Origin: Actinomycetota bacterium
Lineage (GTDB): Bacteria; Actinomycetota; Acidimicrobiia; Acidimicrobiales; Iamiaceae
Reading direction: 5' to 3'
NCBI GenBank assembly: GCA_018268545.1
Contig: JAFDWI010000355.1
Span: 1-24,518, forward strand
DNA length: 24,518 nucleotides
Each line of letters opens with the position of its first letter. The first letter of the stretch is position 1. The position numbers and the translations under genes are program-made. The notes under the pieces were generated by a model. That model ran no database searches and was not told the DNA's origin. It saw only the letters and a program-made list of their open reading frames with translations. Below, piece after piece: positions 8,985 through 17,273 of the stretch.

Positions 8985-9979
8985 ACGGCGCTCACGCCCG
9001 GGGCATCACCGCTGAGCACATCCAGGTACCCCGTGCCTTCGACGGCCCTGCGGAGCCGGTGATAGGGGTGCTCGGGCGCCATCCGCCGGGGTTCGGCCGG
9101 GAGCGGAAAAGCGAGAAGCTCGGCCACGTCCCACGCGAACCCGTAGAGACGGACACGTTCGAACACGTACGGCGCTCCGAACAGATCCGGGTACGCGTCC
9201 GACAACCACCACGGGATCTGCTCGTAGTCGACGGGGCGGGTGCGATCTTCGTAATCGGGTGCGACGTGGAGCTGTGGGTACGCGCAACACCGGAGGAGGA
9301 TGTCGAGGTCGAGATCGGGTGGTCCGGGCCGCGCCCATTCGAAGTCGAGCAGTGCGGTGATCCGTTCGCCGTCCCAGAGGATGTTCTCGAAGGTCAGGTC
9401 ACCGTGGATCAGCGTGTCGGCGTCGAACGGCGTCAGTGCCGGCGCCGTCGCCTCGATGATCGCCCGGACCTGATCGACGAGCCGGTGTTCGACGTGGGGC
9501 ATCCCGGCCAATTCGTCCACGGCGGCCAACAGCGGCCGGACCGCGTCGCGACCGTCGTGGGCCGACGTGAGGAGTTGGGGTGTGTGCAGCAGCGGCGGCA
9601 GTCCGAACGCGGAGGTCGAATGGACCGCCTCGAGTTTCCGCGCCAACTGGGTGATCGCATCCCGGCGTTGATCGACCGTCATCCCCGGCCACCATCGGCC
9701 CAACGGATGACCGGGCACCCGCTGGAGGATCAGATAGTCGGCGCCGACCTCGCCGCCGTACGCGATGATCGGCGGGTAGCCGACCTCGGGGGGCAGCAGA
9801 CGTGCGAGCGCGGCCTCGCGACGCAGGCGATCGTTCGGCTTCGCGTTGATCCGGACGACGACGTCATGGCCGATCCACACTTCGTTGGTGACGCTGTTCG
9901 CCAGCTCGAGCGGCATCGACGCGTCCAACCCCGAAGCGTCCAGCGCGTGACGGGCCCGTGCCTGGGCGAGGAGGCTCAT
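8978..9979 (-). CDS. APH/choline-kinase-family phosphotransferase, substrate unknown
   Basis: Start MSLLAQARAR after GGAGG. Brenner motif IHGDLTFENIL and Mg-binding LLDFE. Convergent with the acyl-CoA dehydrogenase, with a 7-nt overlap. Confidence 0.85.
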   Translation of the reverse strand: MSLLAQARARHALDASGLDASMPLELANSVTNEVWIGHDVVVRINAKPNDRLRREAALARLLPPEVGYPPIIAYGGEVGADYLILQRVPGHPLGRWWPGMTVDQRRDAITQLARKLEAVHSTSAFGLPPLLHTPQLLTSAHDGRDAVRPLLAAVDELAGMPHVEHRLVDQVRAIIEATAPALTPFDADTLIHGDLTFENILWDGERITALLDFEWARPGPPDLDLDILLRCCAYPQLHVAPDYEDRTRPVDYEQIPWWLSDAYPDLFGAPYVFERVRLYGFAWDVAELLAFPLPAEPRRMAPEHPYHRLRRAVEGTGYLDVLSGDAPGVSAVQ

Positions 9980-10220
9980 CGCGAACCTCCGACGCCGCCG
10001 GATTCTCCCGGAACGACCTCCATGTCGAAACATGTCGGACCGTGACAACCCGTCCTTGACCGCGCGGGCCCGGTTCGGGACAGATTGAACCGAACGGCCC
10101 GGTTCATACGGCCCATCCATGTCGGAACGGGCGCCGATCCCGGTACGATCCGGTGACATCCGCCACGTCGACGGACGTGGCAGGCCGCGAATCGGCCACG
10201 TCGACCACGAGGAGTTCCCG

Positions 10221-10709
10221 ATGCCCATCTACGACCACCCGGTAACCGCGCTCGACGGTTCCGATGCCGATCTGCACGACTACGAGGGTCGCGCACTCCT
10301 GGTCGTCAACGTCGCCTCGAAATGCGGGCTGACCCCGCAGTACACCGCCCTCGAGCAGCTTCAGCGTGATTACGGCAAACGGGGGTTCACCGTGTTGGGA
10401 TTCCCGTGCAACCAGTTCATGGGCCAGGAGCCCGGCACGTCGGCGGAGATCGCCGAATTCTGCTCGGCGACCTACGGCGTGACGTTTCCCATGTTCGAGA
10501 AGATCGAGGTGAACGGCGAGGGGCGTGACCCGCTGTACGCGGATCTGACCACGCACCCCGACGCGGACGGCTACACCGGCGACATCCGATGGAACTTCGA
10601 GAAGTTCCTGATCGGCGCAGACGGCGAGGTGGTCGGCCGGTTCGCGCCGCAGGTCGAGCCGGACGCTCCCGAACTCGTCGCGGCCATCGAAGCGCTCATC
10701 TCCGGCTGA
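10221..10709 (+). CDS. gpx: Glutathione peroxidase family, Cys-type (probably thioredoxin-dependent)
   Basis: GAGGAG RBS, then MPIYDHPV. NVASKCGLTPQY (Cys codon TGC, not Sec), LGFPCNQF, EFC at the resolving-Cys position, WNFEKFL. Confidence 0.95.
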   Translation: MPIYDHPVTALDGSDADLHDYEGRALLVVNVASKCGLTPQYTALEQLQRDYGKRGFTVLGFPCNQFMGQEPGTSAEIAEFCSATYGVTFPMFEKIEVNGEGRDPLYADLTTHPDADGYTGDIRWNFEKFLIGADGEVVGRFAPQVEPDAPELVAAIEALISG

Positions 10710-10912
10710 GCCTGCCGCGCGTCCACCGAGCGTCGGTGCGGTGCGTCGACAACGGACCGCGGCCCGGATCACGCAGCGAAGTAACGTAGGGGAGCGGGTC
10801 CTCACAACGGCCCCACCGCCTCGACGGGGTCACGTCTGCGAGGCGGCCGGCGCACACCGCGCCGGTTGCGGCACCGGATTCCGCCGGCCGCCGACCTGAT
10901 CCGAGGAGCGAT

Positions 10913-12094
10913 ATGACCGACTCGACGAACACCGGCGGCGAAACCGTCAAGTCGTTCGCCGACCTCGGCGTTTCACCGCCGTTGTGCGACGCGCTGGCCG
11001 CTGCCGGGATCGACGCGCCGTTCGCCATCCAGGAGTTGACGATCTCGGACGCGATCGACGGTCGCGACATCTGCGGTAAGGCCAAGACCGGTTCGGGCAA
11101 GACCCTGGCCTTCGGCGTGCCAGCGCTCCAACGGCTCGGCGTGCACCGGAAGGGAAACCCGCGGGGACTCATCCTCGTCCCGACCCGAGAACTCGCCCAG
11201 CAGGTCGACGATCAGCTGTCACCGCTGGCCGCGTCGATCGGCGTGCAGACCGCTCCGGTGTACGGCGGCACCGATCTGGACCGCCAGGCCAAGCACCTCG
11301 CCCGGGGTGTCGACCTGGTCATCGCGACACCCGGTCGGCTCATCGACCTCGTCGAACGGAACCTCACCTCGCTGCGCGAGATCGAGATCGTCATCGTCGA
11401 CGAAGCCGATCGCATGGCCGACATGGGCTTTCTGCCACAGGTCGAATGGTTGTTGCGCCACGTCGAGGGGACCACCCAGACGTTGTTGTTCTCGGCCACG
11501 CTCGACGGCGGGGTGTCGACACTGATCGACCGGTACCAGCACGACCCGGTGTACCACGAGGTCGCGTCCGACACGGTGACCGTGGATCGGATGGTCCACC
11601 ACTTCTTCGGTGTGCACCAGATGGACAAGGTCAAGGTCGCCGCCGCGCTCGCCCGCGGGGTCGAACGGACCCTGATCTTCGTGCACACCAAGCGAGGTGC
11701 CGAGCGCCTCGTCACGGAACTGAAGGCCGAAGGCATCGATGTCGGCTCCATCCACGGCAACCTGCGGCAGAACGAGCGGTCCCGATCCTTGACGAGGTTC
11801 GCCGAGGGCGACCAACCCGTGCTCGTGGCCACCAACGTCGCGGCCCGGGGAATCCACATCGACGACATCGACCTCGTCGTGCACTACGACCCACCGGAGA
11901 ACCACAAGTCGTATCTCCACCGATCGGGTCGTACCGCGAGGGCCGGTGAGGCCGGCCTCGTCGTGACCCTCGTGTTGTGGAACGAGGAACTCGAGGTTCG
12001 GCGTCTGCAGAAGCGGATCGGGGTCGACCTTCCGATCGTCGAGGTTTTCTCGAACGACCCTCGCCTCGCCGATCTGGCCGCCTGGACCGATTGA
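10913..12094 (+). CDS. DEAD-box ATP-dependent RNA helicase (core only, no long C-terminal extension)
   Basis: Q motif FAIQ, AKTGSGKT, PTRELAQQV, TPGRL, DEAD, SAT, ATNVAARGI, HRSGRTAR. Confidence 0.95.
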   Translation: MTDSTNTGGETVKSFADLGVSPPLCDALAAAGIDAPFAIQELTISDAIDGRDICGKAKTGSGKTLAFGVPALQRLGVHRKGNPRGLILVPTRELAQQVDDQLSPLAASIGVQTAPVYGGTDLDRQAKHLARGVDLVIATPGRLIDLVERNLTSLREIEIVIVDEADRMADMGFLPQVEWLLRHVEGTTQTLLFSATLDGGVSTLIDRYQHDPVYHEVASDTVTVDRMVHHFFGVHQMDKVKVAAALARGVERTLIFVHTKRGAERLVTELKAEGIDVGSIHGNLRQNERSRSLTRFAEGDQPVLVATNVAARGIHIDDIDLVVHYDPPENHKSYLHRSGRTARAGEAGLVVTLVLWNEELEVRRLQKRIGVDLPIVEVFSNDPRLADLAAWTD

Positions 12095-13932
12095 GCGAGC
12101 ACCTTCGGGCGGTGGGCGCGTCGACATCGGCCTCGGGGCCGTCAGCCGAGCTCTTGGGAATTGCTGCCGCTCGTTTCGCATCGTTGGGGTTGCTCGACGA
12201 CGCGCAGGCGTTGTTGGAGGGCTTCGGGTGGGACGGGTCCGTTGCGCCCCGGGATCCCTCCGTCGAGATCGCACGTGTGCATGAGCGCAGCCTCGGAGCT
12301 TCCCATCGGCGTGCAACGGGGGTCCACTACACCCCGGAGCGGGTTGCCTCGACGCTCGCGGGGATCGTCCTGGACGCACCTCTCGGCGCGCCGCGCATCG
12401 GCGACCCTGCGTGTGGAGGCGGCGCCTTCCTGCTCGCGGTCGCCGATCGCCTCCTCGCCGGCGGGTGCCCCGTCGAGGAGATCCTGGCAGACCGGCTCTT
12501 CGGAGCCGACATCGACCCGGTCGCCGTCGCGGTCGCCGACCTGGAGATCGCGTTGTGGGCCGCGGCACGAACCGGCCGGATCCACCGGGTCACATCCGGG
12601 CACCTGGTGGCCGCCGATGCGTTGGCGAGCGGGCCGACCGCCACGTGGTTGGATCGGCCGGGTCGGCTCGACGTCGTGCTCGGCAACCCACCGTTCGGAT
12701 CACAGCTCCGCGGTGGTGCGATCCGGAGCGCGGCGCAACGACGCGCGCTGGCCGAACGGTTCGGGCTCGGCCCGCTCGGCTATGTCGACACCGCGGCGCT
12801 CTTTCTCGTCCGGTCCGTCGAGCTCGTAGGCGTGGGCGGGCGGATCGCGTTGATCGTCCCCGACTCGCTCGCGGCGGCCCGCAGCGCAGCTCCGCTACGG
12901 CGAACGCTCGCCGAACGTGCCGACCTCGTCGATGCGTGGATCGGGGGCGGCGACGTCGGGTTCGAAGCAGCGGTTTCGGTCTGGGCCCCGATCTTCGAAC
13001 GCGTGGCCGAAGGTGGGGCCCGCCCGCGCACGGTCCGGCGGTTCGATGCGGATGGACACGTCACGGACGAGGCCCACCGGCGACCGTCCGATCCGGACTG
13101 GGCGCCGCTCGTGGGTGACGCGCCGGAGTTCTCGGACTTCGCCGAGTTCGCTTCGCCCGGCGCAGACACCCCGACGGTTCACACGGTCGCGACGGTCACC
13201 GCCGGTTTTCGCCGACAGTTCTACGGGCTCGCGCCGTTCGTGACCGATGCGGGTGACGGACCATCCGACGGGTTCGAGCTCGTCACCACCGGGGCGATCG
13301 ACCCGCTGCACCACCGCCGCGACGCGCCGACCAGGTTCGCCGGAAAAACGTTCGTGCGCGCCGTGGTCGACCTCGAGGCGCTCGAAGCCCGAGACGTCGT
13401 GCTGGCCCGATGGGTGCGCGCACTCACCGTCCCCAAGGTGCTCGTCGCGTCACAGGGTCGGGTCATCGAAGCGATCGTGGACGAGGCGGGGTTCCTGGTT
13501 CCGTCGACACCGGTGGTCGCGATCGTCCCCGCGGCAGACACCGATGTCGACATCTGGATGATCGCTGCGATGCTGACGTGTCCGTTCACCTCTTGGCTGC
13601 TCCGCCGCCGTGCTGCAGGAACCGGCCTTTCGCCATCGGGCTGTCGGGTCAGCGCGGACTTCTGTGGCTCGATCCCCCTGCCGTCGGATCGAAGGGCGTG
13701 GCGTGGGGCTGCGGTCGTGGCGCAGCGGGCGGCCCGTGCTGCGGAGACCGGTGACGGGCCGGGTTGGCAAGCGGCTCTCGACGAGGTCGGTGCCCGCATG
13801 ATCGAGGCGTACGGTGGTCCCGGCTCGGCGACTGCATCGGCCGTTCCGATCGCGGGCCGGGAATCCGCTGCGTCGACGTGGTGGCGAGAGCAGCGTCCGC
13901 CGTGGCGCGGTGCGCGACTATTGAGCCCATGA
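12091..13932 (+). CDS. N6-adenine DNA methyltransferase, gamma-class (TaqI/Eco57I-like MTase with C-terminal target-recognition region); no adjacent endonuclease
   Basis: Motif order X (GVHYTP), I (DPACGGGAFL), II (GADIDP), IV (VLGNPPF), V/VI (LFL...GRIALIVP), then a C-terminal PKVLVA...AIVDEAG region. Start uncertain; TTG 12091 overlaps the helicase stop (TTGA). Confidence 0.85.
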   Translation: MSEHLRAVGASTSASGPSAELLGIAAARFASLGLLDDAQALLEGFGWDGSVAPRDPSVEIARVHERSLGASHRRATGVHYTPERVASTLAGIVLDAPLGAPRIGDPACGGGAFLLAVADRLLAGGCPVEEILADRLFGADIDPVAVAVADLEIALWAAARTGRIHRVTSGHLVAADALASGPTATWLDRPGRLDVVLGNPPFGSQLRGGAIRSAAQRRALAERFGLGPLGYVDTAALFLVRSVELVGVGGRIALIVPDSLAAARSAAPLRRTLAERADLVDAWIGGGDVGFEAAVSVWAPIFERVAEGGARPRTVRRFDADGHVTDEAHRRPSDPDWAPLVGDAPEFSDFAEFASPGADTPTVHTVATVTAGFRRQFYGLAPFVTDAGDGPSDGFELVTTGAIDPLHHRRDAPTRFAGKTFVRAVVDLEALEARDVVLARWVRALTVPKVLVASQGRVIEAIVDEAGFLVPSTPVVAIVPAADTDVDIWMIAAMLTCPFTSWLLRRRAAGTGLSPSGCRVSADFCGSIPLPSDRRAWRGAAVVAQRAARAAETGDGPGWQAALDEVGARMIEAYGGPGSATASAVPIAGRESAASTWWREQRPPWRGARLLSP

Positions 13933-14825
13933 ACGAGCGTCGACGCTTCCGTCGAAGTTCACCCGACGCGCCTCAGGGGATCATCCCGGTGTTGACGGTC
14001 GTCGCCGGGCTCGTTGCGGTGGTCGTCGCCACCGGGTTGAGCCTCTCGGGGACGAACGGTCGAACCGCGGTTGCCCGCCACGGTGCGGCGGCGTCGGGGA
14101 AGGGCGCCGCGGTGGCCGGCGGCTCGACAACCGCGGTGCCGACCACGGCACTGATCCGCGGAGCGGGCGTCACGACCTTGTTCGTCACGACGACCACGCC
14201 GATCACGACCACCAGTTCGACGACATCGACGACGATCGCCGGTCCGGAGATCGCGTCGAGCACGCCGTCGATCGTGTTCGCATCGGGCCAGACCACGGCG
14301 ACGTTCACGGTCACCGGAGCGAACCCAGACGGCGTCGACTTCTCGGTGACCGGTGTCCCACCGGGCATGCAGGCGTCGCCCACGCAGGGAACGGTGTCCC
14401 AGTCCCAGTCGGTGACGATCACCGTCCGTATCACCGATCCGACCGTCGCGGCCTCGGGGACGATCGTGCTGGTCGGAAGCGATGGGAGCCGTGTGTCGAT
14501 CCCGGTGATCGTGGGGTCGTCATCGTTCTCGGTCACCTCGGTGACCCTCAACCCGAACCCACCGGTGTGCGGCACACCCGGTCGCCTGACCGCGGTGGTG
14601 ACCGGATCCAACGTCAAGTCGGTCGTTGCATCGGTCGTCACCTCCGCAGGCACCTCGCAGCTCTCGATGAGCCAGACCAGCGGCGGTGCGTGGCGGGTCG
14701 CCCTGCCCGATGCTGCTGCGGGGTCGTTGCTCTCGGGCACGGTGACGGCGACCGACGCGTCCGGAGGCGTGGCCATGGGCAACTTCTCGGCGACGGTCGT
14801 CAGCGGCCCGAACTGTTCGGGATGA
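13929..14825 (+). CDS. Single-pass membrane protein with Thr-rich stalk and two predicted Ig-like (BACON-like) domains
   Basis: ATG 13929 in an ATGA overlap. Basic N-terminus, TM IIPVLTVVAGLVAVVVATGL, Thr run, beta-rich segments (SPTQGTVSQSQSVTITV; TVTATDASG) and a Cys pair. Confidence 0.7.
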   Translation: MNERRRFRRSSPDAPQGIIPVLTVVAGLVAVVVATGLSLSGTNGRTAVARHGAAASGKGAAVAGGSTTAVPTTALIRGAGVTTLFVTTTTPITTTSSTTSTTIAGPEIASSTPSIVFASGQTTATFTVTGANPDGVDFSVTGVPPGMQASPTQGTVSQSQSVTITVRITDPTVAASGTIVLVGSDGSRVSIPVIVGSSSFSVTSVTLNPNPPVCGTPGRLTAVVTGSNVKSVVASVVTSAGTSQLSMSQTSGGAWRVALPDAAAGSLLSGTVTATDASGGVAMGNFSATVVSGPNCSG

Positions 14826-16054
14826 CCGGCGTGGGCGATTCGTGGCGAACCGATCCGTCGCACGGGCCGTCGAGATGGCGTTCGGCCCGCCCCGATACGT
14901 TCCCGGCATCGGGGGCATGGCGGCCCGGCGACCCGTTGGGCGAACGTCGGTTCCTGCGCACCGCCGCGGACCGTCCCTTCGTGCTCGAGGGTGGCGGGCA
15001 ACTGCGTGACATCGACCTCGCGTTCGAGACGTGGGGCGAGCTCAACGCTGCGGGAACCAACGCGATCCTGTTGTGCCATGCGCTGACCGGCGACAGCCAC
15101 GCGTGTGGCCCGGCGGGAAAAGGTCATCCGACACCGGGCTGGTGGGATGCGATCATCGGCCCGGGTCGACCCATCGACACCGACCGCTACTTCGTGGTCT
15201 GCGCGAACGTGCTGGGTGGCTGCCAGGGATCGACCGGTCCGTCGTCCACACGACCCGACGGTATGGGTCGCTACGGTTCGTCGTTCCCGGTCGTGTCGAT
15301 CCGCGACCAGGCGCGTCTGTTTGCGAAACTCGGGGCGAGCCTCGGGGTGCACGAGTGGCAGTCGGTCATCGGCGGGTCGATGGGCGGCATGATCGTGCTG
15401 GAACTCGCGGTCATGTTTCCCGATCGGATCCGTTCGATCATCCCGATCGCGACCTGCGGTGCCGCGACGGCACAACAGATCGCGTGGTGGAGTACCGGTC
15501 GGCGCGTCATCGCGCTCGACCCGGGTTGGAGGGGTGGCGACTATTACGACGCGCCGAACGGGCACGGTCCGCACGCGGGGCTGGCGTTGGCCCGATCCGT
15601 CTCCCAGATCACCTTCCGGACCGATGACGTCTTCACCGACCGGTTCGGCCGTGACCTCGTCGAACCCATCGACGGGGCCTTCGAGATGTGGCAGCGCTTC
15701 GAGGTCGAGCGGTACCTGGAGTACCACGGCAACAAGCTCGTCCGCCGGTTCGACGCGAACTCCTACCTGCTGCTCACCAAGGCGATGGATCTCCACGATC
15801 TGGGCCGCGGGCGCGGCGGACTCGCGCAGGCGCTTCGCCGGATCACGTCGGCTGCGTTGGTCCTGGGCGTCAACAGCGACATCCTGTATCCCGAGTATCA
15901 ACAACGCGAACTCGTCGAGGGGATGTGCAATGCCCGTGCGTCGTACGGTTTGATCGACTCGCCGCACGGCCATGATGCGTTCTTGATCGAGATGACCCAG
16001 ATGGGCACGATGATCACCGATTTCCTGTCAGACCTCGGAGACCCCCTGTCATGA
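14822..16054 (+). CDS. metX: Homoserine O-acetyltransferase (MetX family)
   Basis: CHALTGDSH, GWWDAIIGPG, NVLGGCQGSTGP, nucleophile GGSMGG, RFDANSY, GHDAFL. Start ATG 14822 overlaps the upstream stop. Acetyl versus succinyl donor is not provable from sequence. Confidence 0.93.
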   Translation: MTGVGDSWRTDPSHGPSRWRSARPDTFPASGAWRPGDPLGERRFLRTAADRPFVLEGGGQLRDIDLAFETWGELNAAGTNAILLCHALTGDSHACGPAGKGHPTPGWWDAIIGPGRPIDTDRYFVVCANVLGGCQGSTGPSSTRPDGMGRYGSSFPVVSIRDQARLFAKLGASLGVHEWQSVIGGSMGGMIVLELAVMFPDRIRSIIPIATCGAATAQQIAWWSTGRRVIALDPGWRGGDYYDAPNGHGPHAGLALARSVSQITFRTDDVFTDRFGRDLVEPIDGAFEMWQRFEVERYLEYHGNKLVRRFDANSYLLLTKAMDLHDLGRGRGGLAQALRRITSAALVLGVNSDILYPEYQQRELVEGMCNARASYGLIDSPHGHDAFLIEMTQMGTMITDFLSDLGDPLS

Positions 16055-17217
16055 ACGAAGACCTCGATCCGGCCACGGTCGCGATCCTCGCCGGGCGCGA
16101 CCCGTCCGAATCGTCGTTGGCACCGGTGATCTACCCGACGACCGCCTTCGAGGCCCCCACGGTGGCCGAAGCGCGCCGACTGGCCCTCGACCCGTCGTCG
16201 AGCCGCTTCTACTCCCGTTACGGAAATCCGACCGTCGCCGGATTCGAAGACGCGATCGCACGACTGGAAGGCGCCGAATCGGCCCGAGCCTACGGATCGG
16301 GCATGGGCGCGGTGACCGGCATCGTGCTCGGGCTCTGCTCGAGCGGCGACCACATCGTCGCCCAGAAGCAGATCTACGGCGCCACCCAACTCGTGTTCCA
16401 GGCGGTCTGCCCGAGGTTCGGTATCGACGTCACCTTCGTCGACGCGACCGTTCCCGGAGCGTTCGAAGCGGCGATCGAACCGGGACGAACCATGCTGGTG
16501 TGGGCCGAGACCCCGGCGAACCCGCGACTCGACCTCGTCGACCTCGCCGCGCTCGGTGCGATCGCCGGGCCCGTGACCGTTGTCGACAGCACGTTCGCGA
16601 CACCGCTCGGGGTGCAGCCGCTGTCCTTCGGCGTCGATCTCGTCGTGCACTCGGCAACGAAGGGGATCGCAGGCCACAACGACGCGACGATCGGTGTCGT
16701 CGCCGGATCAGCCGAATTGATCGGATGGCTCCGAGGGTTCGCGTTGCTCCAGGGAGCGGTCGCGTCGCCCTATGACGCTGCGAACGCGTTGCGGGGGATC
16801 CGGACCCTCTCGGCGCGTCTGGACGTGCAGTGTGCGAACGCATCCGCGGTCGCAGAAGCGCTCGAATTGCATGTCGCCGTGTCCGACGTGCGCTACCCGG
16901 GTCTGGCCTCGCACCCCCAACACGAGCTCGCCGTTGCACAGATGACCCGGATGGGCGCCATGATCTCGTTCGATCTGGTCGGTGGCCTCGAGGCGGGGAG
17001 CCGGTTCGTCGAGGCGCTCGACGTGGCTCGCATCGCCACCTCGCTCGGTGGCCCCGAGACGTTGGTGACCCATCCGGCATCGACGACCCATGTCAGCCTC
17101 ACCGAGGACGAACTCACTGCCGCGGGGATCGGCCCCGGCACGATCCGGGTGTCGGTCGGGCTCGAATCGGAGCGTGACCTCGTCGGTGACTTCGTCGGTG
17201 CGCTCGACGCCCTGTGA
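16051..17217 (+). CDS. Cys/Met-metabolism PLP-dependent enzyme (cystathionine gamma-synthase / O-acylhomoserine sulfhydrylase-like)
   Basis: YSRYGNPT, SGMGA, ETPANP, VDSTFATP, PLP lysine in HSATK, SLGGPETL, IRVSVGLE. MetB, MetZ and lyase cannot be separated by eye. Confidence 0.9.
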   Translation: MNEDLDPATVAILAGRDPSESSLAPVIYPTTAFEAPTVAEARRLALDPSSSRFYSRYGNPTVAGFEDAIARLEGAESARAYGSGMGAVTGIVLGLCSSGDHIVAQKQIYGATQLVFQAVCPRFGIDVTFVDATVPGAFEAAIEPGRTMLVWAETPANPRLDLVDLAALGAIAGPVTVVDSTFATPLGVQPLSFGVDLVVHSATKGIAGHNDATIGVVAGSAELIGWLRGFALLQGAVASPYDAANALRGIRTLSARLDVQCANASAVAEALELHVAVSDVRYPGLASHPQHELAVAQMTRMGAMISFDLVGGLEAGSRFVEALDVARIATSLGGPETLVTHPASTTHVSLTEDELTAAGIGPGTIRVSVGLESERDLVGDFVGALDAL

Positions 17218-17273
17218 TCGGGTTCCGATCGACCCGCACCCGACGGTGCCCGGGGAAGTATCGTCGTGGTGGC

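Noticed and set aside
7188-9979. ACAD10/11-like acyl-CoA dehydrogenase plus kinase functional pair
   Set aside because: The genes are convergent rather than co-transcribed, and the kinase motif (HGDLTFEN) differs from the HGDY/FRxxN type I associate with that group.
6697-10709. Selenocysteine recoding in msrB or gpx
   Set aside because: Both catalytic positions are ordinary Cys codons and there is no in-frame TGA.
11977-13932. Type IIG restriction-modification fusion or BREX/DISARM defence island
   Set aside because: There is no room for an N-terminal nuclease domain and no companion defence genes. The neighbouring helicase has canonical DEAD-box RNA helicase motifs, not SNF2/DISARM-type ones.
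14780-14900. SAM riboswitch or leader upstream of metX
   Set aside because: The region is coding on both sides of a 4-nt overlap and shows no recognisable SAM-I/IV core.
13973-15973. 666-aa minus-strand ORF and other long alternative-frame ORFs (e.g. 330..1214, 490..1623, 8699..10045, 11219..12568, 19941..21098, 21817..23016)
   Set aside because: They lie antisense to or overlap well-supported genes, have Arg/Pro/Gly-rich translations with no motifs, and are expected shadow ORFs in high-GC DNA.
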